DNA from: an uncultured Verrucomicrobiae bacterium
GTDB lineage: Bacteria; Verrucomicrobiota; Verrucomicrobiia; Chthoniobacterales; JAFAMB01
Reading direction: 5' to 3'
Assembly (NCBI GenBank): GCA_963782115.1
Contig: CAWAIK010000003.1
Coordinates: 256,001-320,000 of the forward strand
Length of the DNA stretch: 64,000 nt
The first letter of the stretch is position 1, and each line of letters starts with the position of its first letter. Made by a program: the position numbers and the translations under genes. Shown piece by piece: positions 10,376 through 20,433 of the stretch. Under the pieces are notes generated by a model. The model made no database searches, was not told the DNA's origin, and saw only the letters and a program-made list of their open reading frames with translations.

Positions 10376-11254
10376 ATGTCTGCGAGTTTTTGGTACAAAC
10401 TGGCACAAAACTTCCTCTCTGGAAAGAATTCGCTTGTTCCACGCCGGGTGCGTAACTCTTTACGCTTCAGCCCCTTATATCTTCACTTTGGAATGAAGCA
10501 AGCACTGGCCGCCATCGAAGCGGAATTTCCAAACGTAAGATTCCCAAAATTGGAGTTAGAAATCGATCGCAGAGATCAGATGTATATGCACGATCATCCG
10601 GCGCATTATTTTTATGTCGCCTATTCTGCATTGGCGTGCATCCAAGTCGTGTGCACAAAACAATCTAACGAAACGTTTAGATCAGTATTGGATCTTCCTT
10701 GTGGACACGGTAGAGCATTAAGGGCGCTTAAGGCTGCATTTCCTGAAGCGAATTTTACTGCCTGTGATCTAGATGAGCACGGCGTCGATTTTTGTTCCCG
10801 CACATTCGGAGTTACTGGTGCCTACTCAAACGTTGACCCAAGAAAGATTCGTATTCAGGCGAAATTCGATCTTGTCTGGGTGGGTTCGCTCTTTACGCAC
10901 CTGAGTAGCGATCGATGGTCAGCTTTTCTGGACCTGTTCAACTCAATACTTGCGAAAGACGGCCTCCTGTTTTTCAGCACGCATGGCGACTTCGTGGTCG
11001 AGCGATTGGAAAGATTTGCAAAGTTCTATGGTTTATCCCCTGAACAAATTGAGGCCGTCAAACTCCAATACACCAAAGGTGGATTTGGATATGCTGATTA
11101 TCGCAAAAATCCAGGTTATGGGATTTCGTTGAGCACTGCAGAATGGGTGAAGAGCTTGTTAAGGTTAAATTCGTTCGATCTGGCCTCCTTTATGCCTGCG
11201 GCTTGGGACAAGCATCACGACGTTTGGGCGGTGAAGCCGAAGACGACGCAATGA
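10376..11254 (+). CDS. Class I SAM-dependent methyltransferase (start uncertain)
   Basis: VLDLPCGHGR motif I, ACDLD, FDLVWVGSLFTHL, LAKDGLLFFSTHG. Confidence 0.85.
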   Translation: MSASFWYKLAQNFLSGKNSLVPRRVRNSLRFSPLYLHFGMKQALAAIEAEFPNVRFPKLELEIDRRDQMYMHDHPAHYFYVAYSALACIQVVCTKQSNETFRSVLDLPCGHGRALRALKAAFPEANFTACDLDEHGVDFCSRTFGVTGAYSNVDPRKIRIQAKFDLVWVGSLFTHLSSDRWSAFLDLFNSILAKDGLLFFSTHGDFVVERLERFAKFYGLSPEQIEAVKLQYTKGGFGYADYRKNPGYGISLSTAEWVKSLLRLNSFDLASFMPAAWDKHHDVWAVKPKTTQ

Positions 11255-11875
11255 AGATTCCTTGCAGGCAGCCCTTCGGGCTGACTAAGACAACAAAACA
11301 AAGAGTTTACGGCCAGCAGGCCGCTGAAGCTGTTGTATGGGAACCGGAGTTTCCTGCGAATGATGAACCTAGAGACCAAGGCGATTGCGATGAATGACTC
11401 CGAATGGTCGGCATTTTGCGAATCGGTGCTGGAGGTCCAGCGGAGCGACTTCATGAAGGAAATGAAAGATCGGCTTCGGACACTCGGAAGCAAAAGTTCG
11501 ATGGGAATATTTGATTCCGCGGTGCTCATGGCGTTGGTCCGGAAGTTTGCCCCTGCGATTTGCGTTGAAACAGGTGGTAACCTCGGGATGTCATCGTCAT
11601 TTATCCTCCAAGGGATGCACGAGGCAGGGGTGAAAGCTGGCAAACTGCTTAGCGTGGAAATCGATCCGAACATCCCGGTGGGCTCGATGATTCCCGAGAG
11701 GTTAAAGAGCGGCTTCAATCCCCTGATCGGAGACGTGAAGCAATTCATGAAGAAGAAAGTGTTTCCGGATCAGATCGATTTGTTTCTGCAGGATAGTTCG
11801 CATCGATACAAGTAGCAGTACCTCGAATTTCGGTATCTCTGGAAGAAACTGAGGCCAAACGGGGTCCTGGTGTAA
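11251..11875 (+). pseudogene. Methyltransf_24-like methyltransferase, disrupted
   Basis: CVETGGNLGMSS; IDLFLQDSSHRYK*QYLEFRYLWKKLRPNGVLV*; in-frame TAG at 11813 and an apparent 5' frameshift. Confidence 0.7.
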
Positions 11876-12109
11876 CACCGTCGCGCGTCCGTACCTCGCT
11901 TCGAGTCGTTTCCGTGCACCGTTGAAAAAGTCTTCATACGCCGGCCGATCCCAGTCGCGCTGCTGATATTGCAGTTCGACTTCCACGAGGGTCTTGTCGA
12001 TCCCGAAGTAAATTAATGTCCGCATAGAAGCGACCACCGCATACTCTTTAACTTCTGACGCCGTTATTTTGTTTTTTCTTCGGACGGCCGCGCTGTAGGC
12101 GGTTCTTTC

Positions 12110-13163
12110 TCACTTCATCGACCTTCAGCCCTCTCAATGGAAATGACCCATACCCGGCGCAAGAAAAATGGCAACAAGGAGCGCAAGCGGGTGTTGCGAG
12201 AGATGAAGAGGATCGTGACAGTGGTGCGCGCCCATGCCCAGCGTTACTACACGCTGCTCGATGAAAACTGGCAAGCCACTGATTGGACCCGCCCGCAGGC
12301 CGAGCAGGTTCTAAAGCGCCTTAAATCGATTATCGAAGCTCTGCCGGCGGCTGTTAAGCAGGCGCATGAACGCATCATCGGAGAGCGTCAAAGTGGCCAA
12401 TGATGAAAAAATTCTGAGCCTCTTTGAACCCGACATCCATGTGATCGTTCGCGGCAAGGCGGGCGAGGAAGTTGAGTTTGGCAACTTATTAGTATTGGGC
12501 GAACAGATCGACGGGTTGATCATGGATTGGGAACTGTTCAAAGAGCAGGTACCTGCTGATCCGCGCTTAGTGCGTCCGAGCGTTGGGAGGGTGGAAAACA
12601 GCCTGGCGCTCTCACTGAAGGGTCTGATAACGGATCGTGGATTTGATAACAAAACCAACGTCACGTGGCTAGAGGAGCGCGGAATTTCTGCCGGGCTCTG
12701 TCCCCGTGATCCGCGCGCTCTGCGTGAGGCCATGAAGGATGCAGACTTTGCCCAAGTGCAGCGCCGGCGAGCACAGACTGAAGCGCGGATCGCGATCTTT
12801 AAAAATGAATTTCTCGGACGCCCAATGCGCTCGGAAGGCTTTGAGAACCGGGCCTTGCAAGTGGCGTGGGGCGTGCTCACGCACAATTTATGGGTGCTGG
12901 CGGAGAAACTGCGCGAGCAGCGAAAGATCCGGGAGCAAAAGCTTAGGAAAGCGGCCTAAGTAACGTAGCAAAACAAAGCCATAATATAGCTACACGCCCG
13001 GGGTGTCTCTCAGCGTCGCCTAGCGAGCGCTATATTAGCTCTTTACATAACGGAATATTGTCATAACATAAAGCGTTCGAGTTAGTGATTACTCGTCCTC
13101 GCACTGTTATGTCTTGGCAATGAGTGTCGCACGAAAAAAAGGCATTTTCGGGACTGAATCTAG
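12110..13163 (+). mobile_element. IS5-family element, 5'-truncated and frameshifted (transposase 12137-12959)
   Basis: KILSLFEPDIHVIVRGKAGEEVEFG, TDRGFD, RRRAQTEARI..K; the putative end abuts CTAG at 13160-13163. Confidence 0.7.
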
Positions 13164-13183
13164 ACTAGCAACCCCCTATGAAG

Positions 13184-14057
13184 TCAGGGCAACCGAGCCA
13201 CGGTCTTGGTTAGGAGCGAGTAGAAGCCGTCTGCGTCAACGTTATTCATCCACATTGCATTGGGGGGACGTTCCGTCACCTGGTTCCAATCTACCACGGT
13301 TTCACCAAGCGTTAGACCGCTACAAATCTCTACAGCGACGTTAACGCGCCGGCCGGAGAATAGCAGTGGCTCGAGCAAATATCCGATCACACAGGGGTCA
13401 TGAAGGGGACCACCTTCGGAACCGATCTTTTCGGTTTCGTGGCGCTCGTAAGATGTAAGAATTTGGGCGATCAGTTCTCCGGCGCGATTGCCAAGGTTCT
13501 TTATGCGTTCGATGCGTGCTGTTGTAGTCAATACTTTGTGAGTTACATCGAGAGGCAAGACGGTGATTGGAAGTCCGCTTTCGAAGACGACGGTCGCCGC
13601 GTGTGGATCAACATAGATATTAAACTCAGCGGTCGGCGTTATGTTTCCTCTTTTGAAATAAGCGCCGCCCATCATGACGATTTCTTTAATGCCACGTTTT
13701 ACGTGCGGAGCTTGGACGAGAGTGACAGCAAGATTTGTCAGGGGACCAATCGAGCAGATCGTAACGCTACTCTCTGGAGCGACGCGAAGAGTATTGATCA
13801 AAAACTCAACAGCGTGGTCCTTCGCTAGCTCACTCTTTGGTTCGTGCAGCGGCACGCCTTCCAGCCCTTCCTTACCATGAACATGTTGAGCTGTAACGAG
13901 ATCACGCACGAGTGGTCTGGGACATCCGGCATAAACGGGCACTTCTGTTCGGTTCGCCCAATCCAGCACGATCCGAGCGTTCCGAGAGGTGAGTTCTATC
14001 GGCACATTCCCGGCCACGGTGGTAATTGCTCGGACATCTAACCGGTCATTTGCAGAG
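13184..14057 (-). pseudogene. Inosine/uridine-preferring nucleoside hydrolase lacking its N-terminal DxDxxxDD motif
   Basis: ITTVAGN, HGKEGL, IGPLTNLA, AEFNIYVDPHA, LHDP; the 5' end is replaced by transposase sequence. Confidence 0.85.
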
Positions 14058-14970
14058 CCAGGGTTAACCGGCTGGGTGAGGACGAAAAACGGCGCTCCAC
14101 CCAGGCCATTGACCCAGTAATCGGTGGTGCCCCGCAGGCAGAGCCGTTCGCGCGCCAGTAGCGCCGTGGCAGATTGGTGAGGCTGCCATGATAGACACGC
14201 ACGTGACCGTCGGCGTAGAACAGGCCCAGGCTCTCGCTGTTGGAGCCGGCCTTCCACTCCCCAGCCAAGCGGCTCTGCCACTGGGCTGCCTGACCGTCCT
14301 GACCACAGAGCTGGGAGATTTTTCGCCGCAAGGTTTTGACCTCCGGCAACCGATCCAGCCCGAGTAGTTTGCCCCACTCGCCGGGGGACAGATAGCGGCT
14401 CTGCTCCAGCGAACGGCAACGCACCAGCGCCAGCAGAGCCAGGGCCAAAAAGATCGATTCCAACCCAGTTTGTGCACTGACTACCGGCAGCGGATAACCC
14501 TGCACCAGTAAAGCGCGGGCTTGCTCGAGTTTTTCTTCATGGAGCTTGGAGCCCTCACGACGCCGGCCAGACACGAAGAATCCCGCCGGCCCTCTTTCAC
14601 GATAGAGCTTGGTTGCCCGTTTAATGGCCACTAGCGGCACACCAAACGCCTTGGCCACATGTCCCTGTGTCGCGCTGCCCTGCACGATGAGTTGACTGGT
14701 GAAAAGTCGGAAGCTGGCCAGATCGCTTTTGGCATGCGCAAACACCGGCAAGTGGCCATTGAAATAAACCACTTGCTCGCCTTCGACCCGACACGCAAGC
14801 TCACGGTTGATCTCCACGCTGCCGGCCGGAAAAATAGGAAGCTGCACTTGCGGCATCCCTTTTTCTTATCTCCTCCCAGCCATTGGCTAAAGACATAAAA
14901 TCCCCAAACTTGGTCTCATTTTCGTTCCGCCACAGCGTACCGCCTCATCAACCGAGTTCAGGAAGTCTGA
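14058..14970 (-). mobile_element. Transposase remnant, internally deleted and 3'-truncated
   Basis: MPQVQLPIFP...YFNGHLPVF, PGEWGKLLGLDRLPEVKTLR, FYADGHVRVYHG, TTDYWVN; probable terminus tcagacttcctgaactc at 14970. Confidence 0.75.
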
Positions 14971-15161
14971 GGCTAAAGCGTCGCAGTCGGATCCCTTGCG
15001 GTTTCGATTTTTGGCCGTGCTTGCCGTAACGATTCACCCGAAGATCGGTCTGAGCTTTATGGCTGGCGAAAGTTTCAAGCTCACACAATCGCGAACAGTA
15101 TTCACGATCAAAGGCACTCGCTTCCGGAGTGCACCTTTGGTAGGTAACCGTCTCAAATGGA

Positions 15162-15897
15162 TTAATGAATCAAGCCTACGAAAATTCCCGCAATGGCTGC
15201 GCTAGTCAGGTTTGATAAAGTTCCCGCTAACACAGCGCGTAATCCGAATTTTGCAATTTCAGGCCGGCGCTCCGGCGCCAAAGGGCCAAAACTTCCCAGC
15301 AGTATCGCGATTGAGGTGAGATTAGCGAAACCGCATAGGGCAAAACAGGTGATAGTCAGCGATCGAGGAGAAAGGGTGTGCGCCACGGATGGGTCGCCTT
15401 TGAGGTATGGCGACAGATGAGAATAAGCCACGAACTCGTTTAAGGCGATCTTTTCCCCAATAAATCCGGCGACTAGCTGAGACTCACGCCAGGGTACGCC
15501 CAATAAGTAGGCGATTGGGGATAGAATAAGCCCAAATATTCCGTTTAACGTCAGGTGCGGATTGCCGAACCAGCCTCCTATAAATCCTAGCAGCCCGTTC
15601 AGACACGTCAGCAATCCGATGAACCCGATTAGCATCGCACCGATACCGAGGGCCACATGTAGACCATTATTGGCGCCAATCGCCGCTGTCTCTATTATAT
15701 TTACAGGTCTCTCCTCGATAACGGGCGTATCCGTATCCGCCGCCTGCAGCTCGCCGTTGGGCGTCGGGAAAATAATCTTGGCGTAAAGGAGCCCGCCGGG
15801 GACTGCCATGACACAAGCCGACAGCAAATATTCCATCGGAACACCGAGACCGGCGTAACCTGCCAGAATGGAGCCCGCAACGGATGCGAGTCCACTG
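15162..15897 (-). pseudogene. C-terminal part of a NupC/CNT nucleoside transporter
   Basis: GLASVAGS, GEKIALNEFVAY, FALCGFAN, GTLSNL; the N-terminal half is absent. Confidence 0.85.
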
Positions 15898-16078
15898 CAC
15901 ACAGGCTCGAAGGGAGGGGCCCACGGTTGCGGAGTGTAACGATTGATGTGCTTAGAGCAAGAAAAATTGATTTTTAAGAGGGTGTTTGTGTCGACCACCG
16001 ATGACACTAAGTTTCGTCAGTGTCGGCTCCCTCACGCGCTGCCACTTTAGCGGCGATAGCGCCCGTGTCGGACTGTAC

Positions 16079-16990
16079 TTAAATCGGGACCGGAAAGAAA
16101 CTGGGGGTTCATGCCGCCAGGGCCTGGATCGGCGATGATTCTGAGGGCGACCACCCGGTGTATTTGCCCAGTTCGCCGTTGAGTAGCGCACATCGCGCGT
16201 GGAGCAACATCTGCGCGCCGCGTTGGGTCCAGCGCATATGCTGTTTCTTCTCCATCCGCCAGTCCACCAATTGGTCCACAGTCGATTCCACCCGCGCTGT
16301 CGATATCCGATGGCCTTCACGATATTCCTTGCCGTAGTTGATCAATCGGGTCTGGTTTGCGGTCAGGTACGACCACAATTCGGCCAGACGCACGCGAACC
16401 TGTTCGATAAGCGTCGACCGGCCGGAGTCCGTCTCCGCAATCAATTACGTAAATATCGACTCCGTCGTAAAAACAACTAAGAGCGATGCTGGCTCCATAC
16501 AGGTTGCCATGCCAGGCTTTCCACATCGCGCGATTCAAGTGCTGCCAGTGTCTTGACAGTCGATGGTTGAAATCCTCGACATGAGGAAGATAGATGAGGC
16601 CTTTTCCGATAGCCTCAAAGCGCCGTGCGATGTGATACCAATCCAGGATGTGCTGCTCGTTAGCGTTGAACCATTTGCCCACCATCGACCTCATGCCGTC
16701 CTCACCATCCGTCACAATGCTCCTCCAGCTGTTGCTTTACTACCGTGTCTTGCAACCGATTCGCAATCTGCTTCGATTCCTGCAGATTGACTCCGAGGTT
16801 TTCCGCAGTCGTACTCCCAGCGAGCCGTTCGATGGTACTCAGCGTAATCGTGGATCGTTTACCATCTTCTCCGACGCACTCCACAATGATGTTCCAGCGC
16901 ACGCTTCCTCCTGGTTGGTCTCACCCGCCAACGAACCATAAAGGCGGAATTTCGGTCAAGACCCCCAAGTTCTTTCCGGTCCCGATTTAA
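16079..16990 (-). mobile_element. ISKra4-family element with internal deletion and intact terminal inverted repeats
   Basis: 30-bp IRs at 16079-16108 and 16961-16990 (2 mismatches); transposase pieces HILDWYHI, ISTARVESTVDQLV, MRWTQRGA. Confidence 0.85.
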
Positions 16991-17113
16991 ATGCAGTGCG
17001 ACACCTTTAGAAAATCCCAGTGCTTTCTAAGGGTTTAGGCAAGCTCTTCCTTTAGGAAGCGTCGTTTACAACGATATTTTACCACTTCACAAATATCCAG
17101 CGCCGTTCAAATA

Positions 17114-17335
17114 CTACTGAACGAAATGCACGGTAAGGTTGCCAACTGGACCCCAGGCGCCTCCATAGGAACCGTCGAAAGTTCGGTGCGTTTTGTCGGC
17201 GGTTCCAGACAGGGTATACACGTCCGAGCCGAGGGTCAAAGAGGCAGACATAATGCCGTCGCTTCTTAAACGGATATCTTTGAGTGTACCTTGAATATCC
17301 CCGGTAATGACTCCGCCAAGCTTTGAGCCACTCAC
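17114..17335 (-). CDS. Small hypothetical protein or fragment
   Basis: 73-aa ORF with a Gly/Thr-rich beta-strand-like pattern. Confidence 0.3.
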   Translation of the reverse strand: MSGSKLGGVITGDIQGTLKDIRLRSDGIMSASLTLGSDVYTLSGTADKTHRTFDGSYGGAWGPVGNLTVHFVQ

Positions 17336-17426
17336 CGTTATGTAGGGCTAAAGTTAGGAGGGACTAATTTGTCGCACCGACCGCTCTCCCAACGAAAGGC
17401 CAGATGAACGCTCCCGCAGGGGTTAG

Positions 17427-17980
17427 TCACAGTGTCCGGACTATGTCCATCAGATCGTCGATTTTGCGGACGACGGAGGTTCGGCTCGAACTCAGGTTGT
17501 GCTCCATACTGAGTCCTGTAAAAAAAGTCAGAACCAATTCCGCAAGGGAGTCCGCATTCATCTTTGGACGCTCGATCTCAATATTCTTGGCGATGAGCTG
17601 CTTTAGTTTGCTTCTGCTTCGAGTGATGATACCAACAGCTTCCGGCGGCAATATCGGAAACTCGCGCATGGAGCTGACGGCAAAACATCCCTTTTGTCCC
17701 TCCATGCTGCATGGTCCCACCTTGAGGAATCGCTCGATGTTATCCCAGCCCAAGGGCTGGGCTATCAGCAGTCCCTTCTTCTCGAGGCTTTCAAGGTAGT
17801 ACCGAAGGCTCTGCACAAACAGATCCTCTTTATCTTCGAACTCGGCGTAGAGGCGGATTTGTTCACCCCGGTCGCTTGTTCCAATTCGTGAAGACTGGCG
17901 TCAGCAAATCCACGCCTCCAAAAAACCGGCAGCGCCTTCTCTAAGACACCTTCCCGGTTGAAGTTTTTCGGTCGTCCCAT
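17427..17980 (-). pseudogene. TetR-family regulator, frameshift near 17855
   Basis: MGRPKNFNRE...FWRRGF...ATGVNKS/LYAEFEDKEDLF continues in another frame. Confidence 0.85.
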
Positions 17981-18098
17981 GCTCCAGTATCGGTTAATGC
18001 GCCGATTGGTGCACAATCTTTTTTGACGCATCAGCGGGCCTCTTGACGCTGACCCAATTGACCTCTATGCCTACCATATCCTCGCGTTAGCAATCCAA

Positions 18099-18227
18099 AA
18101 CGAATCGCTGGAAGACAGCGCCAATCTTCCTGAATCTAATACTAGTATGCTCGCGCTCCAAATTGCAGGAAAACTTGGAGCTGCCTTGGAGCAGTTCGCC
18201 GCGATCGATGAAGATCTAAACAAATAA
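18099..18227 (+). pseudogene. Remnant resembling the C-terminal tail of a type I R-M methyltransferase (HsdM)
   Basis: Manual translation NESLEDSANLPE...LALQIAGKLGAALEQFAAIDEDLNK*. Confidence 0.5.
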
Positions 18228-18469
18228 CCTGAAAAAACAAAGCACGCTCGGATTTCGGATAGCATTCTTACGTTTGTGCTGACAGAAGCTGCACATCAAC
18301 ATCCACAAAGAAAATGACGGCTTGAAAGGTCGATTGGAGCAGGTTTGGCTGGCTAGGAACAGGCAATTGGATAGGGAAGCGGGCAATAGCTGTGTATGGC
18401 AGAGTTGAGCCATTTCGGACGTGTGGCAGCCAAGGAGGTCGAGGTCGCTTTTGGACATAGCCGGTAGCT

Positions 18470-19652
18470 GCTCGCAGCGTGGACTGAAAGTGGCTACATC
18501 TACGACCTGGTCGTGGAAATTGCGCAGCGTGCTTCTATGGCCGACGCTCACCACGGTAGGTCGCCATGACGATCTGGCGCGGTGCACGTTTTGATTGGTG
18601 GATTGCGAGCAGTTGCTGTTCGAAGCCGCTTAGCCGTTGCGTCACTGCCTGCCAGGCAGCGATATCGGTGTAGGCGTTAATAATAAAGGAGAGCGAGTTC
18701 TGCACGAAGGAAAACGCGTTGACCACCTGCATCAGGCCGCCCCATCCGATCTGCTTCGCGAAGTAACGTGGCGAAACGACCACCAGAGGAAAGATGAGTC
18801 CCGCTTGGGTATAGCCCAAGGTAAAGCAGGTAAGGAGCCTTTGCCGCTTCATGATGTGGTGAAAGTTTTCAAATACGCTGCGGAAGCGCTCGTTAAAGAT
18901 GCGAAGCTCGACCGGTTCGCCCCGTAGAGGGCAACACTCTCCGCATTTTCCCGGAAGCGCACCAGGCTGAACCTGAAGTCGGCTTCGAAGCGCTGCCGGG
19001 CAACATTCAACGGCACCAACGGTCGACCGATTTTGACCGTCAGCCCAGTACCGACACCGGCGTGGAATAATGCTGTCCAGACCAGATACGCAGGTATGTG
19101 TACTGTTCGCCACTTGCCGAGAGGGATATCCGCCGGTCCAGAGAGCCCCCAGAGTATGACCAGAAAAGAAACCAGGGAGACGACTAAGCTAAGAAGACCA
19201 AGCGATAAGCTCAGCACGTAGGCGGTAAATTGGTTGAGGTCCTCCGCGATACGCTGGTCAGGGTTGTCGGTCGTGTCCCGCAGCTGCAGCCGGTAATAAG
19301 CGTGGTCAGTGAGCCAGGCGCCGAGATATCTACGCGTTAGCCATTGCCGCCAGCGTATCTGCAACATCTGGTTGAAGTAGAGGGAGTAGACAGACATTGC
19401 AATGGCGAAAGCGACTAGAAGGCAAAACGCGCCGAGCTGCCGGAAGAGTTCACCGCTATTGAACGCCTGGAGTGCATTGTAGAAGGCGTTGTTCCACTCG
19501 TTGATGCGCACGCTGATGTAGACGTTGCCGAGGTTGAGCGCGATTACGGCGAGCAGAAGCCCCCAAGCCGACCATTTCTCCTCCGAGGTCCAATAAGGTT
19601 TGGCAAGGCGCCACGCGTCGCGCACTATCTGACGTCTTGACGTGTCATTCAT
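18470..19652 (-). pseudogene. YddA/BacA-like ABC transporter, frameshifted, ATPase core deleted
   Basis: LAKPYWTSEEK, DNPDQRIAED, EADFRFSLVR.RENAE; only the H-loop tail VVSVGHRSTL..FH of the NBD remains. Confidence 0.85.
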
Positions 19653-19925
19653 AGAACTTCCTTGCCGCACTGACTGCTTTTGCCTTGGTTGTGGAGGTTG
19701 GTATTTCCTCTTCCGCGCAACCTTCATTACTATTTATTTAAACATGGCGCTCATGCTAATTATTCCCAAACCGCTCGACATCCATATTAGCCTCATCCTC
19801 TCTCCGACGAGTTAGTGATACTTCCAAGCCAGCCCAGGCCTTATCAAGGTCGTCATCCTATAGGGTGTTCGAGGGGAATAATTAGCTTTCCCGCAGGGTA
19901 TATATACATAGAAAGTAGGTGTTTT

Positions 19926-20348
19926 ATGAAGTTGAAGTATTTCTTCGGTAGCATTCTCGCAGCTGCTTCGTTGGCGGTTTTACCAGAGATAGGTCTAGCA
20001 CATGGGGGCGGAGGTGGCGGGGGCGCAGGAGGCGGTGGTCACGGATTTGGCGGGGGAGGTGGGGGTCACGCTTTTGTCGGTAGTGGTGGCCACGGATTCG
20101 GCGGATTCAACGGTCGCGGCTTTAGTCCGGGATTCAGGGGAACGCGGGGATTTTCTTCTGGTAGCTTTTCTGGTCGCGGAGATCACGGTCGTTTTGGCGA
20201 CCGTGGTTTCCGTGGACGCGAGCGCGACTTTCGCGGTCGTCGTTTTCGCGATTTTGATGGAGACTTCTTCGATTTCGGCTTCGATGGGTATGGATATCCG
20301 GATTATTACCCGTACACCTATCCGTATTACTATCCGTATCCTTATTAG
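19926..20348 (+). CDS. Secreted glycine-rich low-complexity protein with a Tyr/Pro tail
   Basis: Signal peptide MKLKYFF...GLA, G/F/R-rich body, tail YPDYYPYTYPYYYPYPY; AGGT upstream. Confidence 0.75.
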   Translation: MKLKYFFGSILAAASLAVLPEIGLAHGGGGGGGAGGGGHGFGGGGGGHAFVGSGGHGFGGFNGRGFSPGFRGTRGFSSGSFSGRGDHGRFGDRGFRGRERDFRGRRFRDFDGDFFDFGFDGYGYPDYYPYTYPYYYPYPY

Positions 20349-20433
20349 AACTACGAGGTGTATTGAGTCGGTATCTCACTCATTCCCGAGCAGGTGGAGC
20401 TTCGCTCGCGACGTTCGCCGTACCTCCCTGGCA

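Noticed and set aside
11813..11815. In-frame TAG as pyrrolysine or readthrough
   Set aside because: The gene also has a 5' frameshift and stops again 20 codons later; simple decay explains it.
13184..14419. 411-aa ORF as a real extended nucleoside hydrolase
   Set aside because: Its N-terminus is transposase DNA, largely off-frame, and the catalytic Asp motif is missing.
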